Both the position numbers and the translations under genes were made by a program. The notes beneath the pieces are model-generated. The model saw only the letters and a program-made list of their open reading frames with translations. It was not told the DNA's origin and ran no database searches. Positions 21,252 through 24,000 of a stretch of 24,000 nt of DNA are shown piece after piece. Numbering within the stretch: position 1 is the first letter of the stretch; each line of letters starts with the position of its first letter. The stretch is from Leptolyngbyaceae cyanobacterium RM1_406_9 (GTDB lineage Bacteria > Cyanobacteriota > Cyanobacteriia > Elainellales > Elainellaceae), in assembly GCA_012033355.1 (NCBI GenBank), contig JAAUQZ010000002.1:25604-49603 (forward strand), given 5' to 3'.

Positions 21252-23117
21252 TCAGGCAGCTTGCGGTTTACGTCTTAAGCGTGAACCCGCCCCCACAATC
21301 ACCGTCAGCAGACTTAACGCCGAAGTAGGTTCAGGTACTTTCTCATGGGGAGCGCCAGTTAAAGCTCCTATCGCCCGATCTGCCTGGATCAGTCCATAGC
21401 CACTGTCAAAGTCAACGCCTGGAGCATTCATATCAATCGCTGTCTCTTCCAGCGTTTGGTAAATCACTTCAGGACTTGTACCAGGAGCCGCTTCTAGCAT
21501 CAAAGCTGTCACGGCTGCCGCATGGGGAGCCGCAGCCGACGTGCCAAAAAAGTTGGGGAAGCCGTCTCCCTCCACGTCTAGACCCGGAATAAAGAATGTA
21601 GTGTTGGTGCCGTCTGGCGCAACAATTTCGGGCTTGAGGCGAGTTTCGGGGGTGGAGAGGCGATCGCCATTCAAATCAAACAAAATCGGAGTCGGCCCAG
21701 CCGAAGAAAACGGCTCTAACACAGGAGGATTTACCCCAAACTCAGGCGTATTGGCATAGAAAGCGGCTCCAACGGACTCAGCCCCTTCAGCATTGGCATG
21801 ACCATAAACGGTGCCGCTGGCGGTGTCATATTCATTGACGCTGCTACCACCGAAGATCACGTATTTCATCAAGCCAGCATCGGGTCCAGTGAAGTTAGAG
21901 ATCGCCAGGTTGAACCGATCGGTGCCAAAAGAGCCATCGTTGAAGAAACTCAAGATTTCTACCGCATCGCCACCGAGATTTGCATCTATTCCTCCCGCGA
22001 GCGGATTGCCGAAATCGTCAAACAGGAAGATATCGAGATCATTAGGAGAGCCATCGCCGCCGCTAACCGAGAAGAAAGGGGAGTCCCACTGAAAGGAAAT
22101 GAGCAGTTCTTCTCCCACTGGAACCGTGACGTTCTGAAACGGATCTACGCCTGCACCTGGGTCAAAATCGTGCAGTTCAGCACCAAATATAGGTTCAAAT
22201 TCGCCGCTTCTTCTAAAGCGACTCTCGTAGGCATTGCGATCGTTATTGCCCGCAGAGGAGAAGTAAGGTACGCCATCGGCTACAACCTGGTCAACCGCCT
22301 GAGCAATGATGCCATCCTGAAACATCGGCTCAGCCAGGTCAATCACATCATCTACAATCACGTCAGATCCGGTTGCGGCTAGCTCAAGGATGCCGTTTGC
22401 AAAGGCTGCCTGCCCTCCCAAAAATGCAGTGTAAAACGATAGGTCAGCCCCAGGAGCAACATCATGAATCAGTTGCAGCATTGCCCTCCCTTCATCGCTG
22501 CCGCCGCTTGGCAAGTCTAGAAGTACGTTCACATCAGATGGCAAATCGCCGCTAGCAATATCGTCTGCTTCTCCGTTCAAATTGTTGTAGCTATCAGACA
22601 AAGCGCCTACCGTAACTCCAGTTCCATCGACTCCAAAGGTCGAGCGAGCAACGTTAGCCCGCATTGATGGATCTGCCTGACTTGTGGTAATGCCTACATT
22701 GGGCAAAAGCTGTACGGGTCGAGCAAACTTTAAGCTGCTGAGGCTATCCATTGAAGAGATTGCATCAATGGGCAGCAAACCGGAAACAAAGGAGCCATAT
22801 TTGGAGCCATTTTGTAGCCCCAATCCGAGCAAGTCGTCATACAGGGCATCGGTGCTGTCAGAGGCGATCGCATCAATCACCACATGACCGTTATGAATCA
22901 TCAAAGAATGACGGGTCTGAAGCTTTGGAATAGGCTCCTCGGTCGCACCACTCGAACTTGCTGCAAGCGAGATCAGACTTAAACTGACCTTACGCCCAGA
23001 GGTTTTTGAGAGATATTCTCCTGTCAGCGTTGCTGCTTGCGTACCAAGACACACACTACCGAACAAAGTGGTCGTTACGAGGGTTGCAGATGCAAAAGTC
23101 TGGCTGAGAGGCTTCAT
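21252..23117 (-). CDS. secreted subtilisin-like (S8) serine peptidase with C-terminal PEP-CTERM sorting signal
   Basis: The 621-aa ORF has the N-terminal signal peptide MKPLSQTFASATLVTTTLFGSVCLGTQAA. S8 catalytic-triad contexts are present: GVTVGALSDSY (Asp), EGRAMLQLIHDVAPGA (His) and FFGTSAAAPHAAAVTALM (Ser). The C-terminus VPEPTSALSLLTVIVGAGSRLRRK has the PEP motif, a hydrophobic span and a basic cluster. Confidence 0.88.
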   Translation of the reverse strand: MKPLSQTFASATLVTTTLFGSVCLGTQAATLTGEYLSKTSGRKVSLSLISLAASSSGATEEPIPKLQTRHSLMIHNGHVVIDAIASDSTDALYDDLLGLGLQNGSKYGSFVSGLLPIDAISSMDSLSSLKFARPVQLLPNVGITTSQADPSMRANVARSTFGVDGTGVTVGALSDSYNNLNGEADDIASGDLPSDVNVLLDLPSGGSDEGRAMLQLIHDVAPGADLSFYTAFLGGQAAFANGILELAATGSDVIVDDVIDLAEPMFQDGIIAQAVDQVVADGVPYFSSAGNNDRNAYESRFRRSGEFEPIFGAELHDFDPGAGVDPFQNVTVPVGEELLISFQWDSPFFSVSGGDGSPNDLDIFLFDDFGNPLAGGIDANLGGDAVEILSFFNDGSFGTDRFNLAISNFTGPDAGLMKYVIFGGSSVNEYDTASGTVYGHANAEGAESVGAAFYANTPEFGVNPPVLEPFSSAGPTPILFDLNGDRLSTPETRLKPEIVAPDGTNTTFFIPGLDVEGDGFPNFFGTSAAAPHAAAVTALMLEAAPGTSPEVIYQTLEETAIDMNAPGVDFDSGYGLIQADRAIGALTGAPHEKVPEPTSALSLLTVIVGAGSRLRRKPQAA

Positions 23118-23452
23118 GTCCAGGTTCCTTGTTCAGGGATGAGGAAATAATCGGAGGGCTTAACGACCCACGTAGCTCAAGCAGAGATTTCAGGGTTATA
23201 CCCACCCAACTTTTACTGAAGCTTTAAGTTTTGGTCTAGCGGCTTCACCTAGTCTTGTTTGAAAGCAGATACAGCGTGATTTCCTGTGAAGATTAGATGA
23301 TTTTCTCGGAGGCTAGACTTTGATTGGTTATAATCTTCACTTATCTTTTGCGTGAGCTGAGGCAGGCGATCGCCCCTTCACAAAGACCCCCTTCCGCTAA
23401 GATACAGACAGTATTCAGGCAAACTTTCGGCGGGCGTTCTGGTATTCGTAGC

Positions 23453-24000
23453 GTGCTTCAACGGTTTTTTCCTTTTTTAAGAGTTTTGATTCTCAGTTTC
23501 ATGCTGCTGCTTGCAGGCTGTACTTTGCCCCAGGTCAGTGCCGAAGAGCGGTTATTTTTAAACCTTTCCCTTGACTTTCTAGGCGAATACCGATTACCCA
23601 GCGATACGTCATTTGAAGCTACGCCCGTGCGAGGACTGTCGGCGATCGCCTATGACCGACAGGGCGATCGCTTCTACGCTCTCTCAGACGATCGCAGCGA
23701 GTTTGCGCCTGCCCGCTTCTACACGCTAAAGCTCAATTTGAGCAATGATGCTGGGGAAGTGGCGATCGCTGGAGTCGAAGTCGAGAGAGTAACCACCTTA
23801 CTCAAAGAAGACGGAGAACCCTTTGCCCAGGGCACCATTGACCCTGAAGGGCTGGCCCTCTCTCCTCGCCAAACGGTTTTTGTTTCTAGCGAAGGCATTG
23901 CCTCAGAGGGCATTCCTCCTTTCATTGACGAATTTGATTTAGTGACGGGCGCCTGGCAACAACGCTTACCCATTCCAGACCGTTACATTCCCAAAACCGT
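23453..24000 (+). CDS. lipoprotein, probably esterase-like/phytase-like beta-propeller family (partial; runs off the right window edge)
   Basis: The frame is open from 23324 to the window end. My translation from GTG 23453 reads (M)LQRFFPFLRVLILSFMLLLAGCTLPQVSAEERLFLNLSLDFLGEYRLPSDTSFEATPVRGLSAIAYDRQGDRFYALSDDRSEFAPARFYTLKL. It has a lipobox LLAGC. The GLSAIAYD...FYALSDD pattern resembles phytase-like esterase domain proteins. The start codon choice is uncertain, and the antisense ORF 23719..23973 is rejected. Confidence 0.65.
   Translation, partial: MLQRFFPFLRVLILSFMLLLAGCTLPQVSAEERLFLNLSLDFLGEYRLPSDTSFEATPVRGLSAIAYDRQGDRFYALSDDRSEFAPARFYTLKLNLSNDAGEVAIAGVEVERVTTLLKEDGEPFAQGTIDPEGLALSPRQTVFVSSEGIASEGIPPFIDEFDLVTGAWQQRLPIPDRYIPKT

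Noticed and set aside
21119-22933. ORF 21119..21328 (+) and the + strand ORFs inside the subtilase gene (21541..21759, 21798..22382, 21811..22092, 22373..22555, 22684..22887, 22751..22933)
   Set aside because: They are out of frame with ctaE, span terminator hairpins, or lie antisense to the 621-aa S8/PEP-CTERM ORF, which has signal peptide, triad and sorting motifs.
23719-23973. 84-aa ORF on the minus strand
   Set aside because: It lies antisense to the edge-truncated + strand lipoprotein frame, which has a lipobox and recognisable family-like motifs.

Overview
This is a cyanobacterial chromosomal window. The HIP1 octamer GCGATCGC occurs about three dozen times by eye, and the intergenic palindromes look Oscillatoriales/Leptolyngbya-like. 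Gene order, left to right: cobQ (partial, -); a small hypothetical (-); then a + strand cluster at about 2262-8177. That cluster is the main finding. It opens with a clearly recognisable ykkC/guanidine-I riboswitch whose 3' arm overlaps a terminator. It continues with an agmatinase-family ureohydrolase, HypA-like and HypB-like Ni-metallochaperone paralogues, and a NitT/TauT-type ABC importer (lipoprotein SBP, permease, ATPase). This matches the riboswitch-controlled Ni-dependent guanidine hydrolase system (GdmH/GhaA/GhaB, described in Synechocystis in 2022) with a dedicated uptake system. Every gap inside the cluster holds REP-like palindromes. Next come a small hypothetical (-), a 200-bp MITE with perfect 16-bp TIRs and a 9-bp target duplication, and prxQ/bcp (+). 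After those: an ArsR-family regulator and a metallophosphoesterase (-), a histidine kinase / OmpR-type regulator pair (-) separated by a 10-bp tandem repeat, and an orphan DrrA-like ABC ATPase (-). The window ends with the respiratory locus ctaB-ctaA (-) diverging from ctaC-ctaD-ctaE (+), a secreted S8 subtilase with a PEP-CTERM anchor (-), and a partial phytase-like lipoprotein (+). I found no rRNA, tRNA or CRISPR array. All calls come from reading the sequence and ORF translations; no database search was run.
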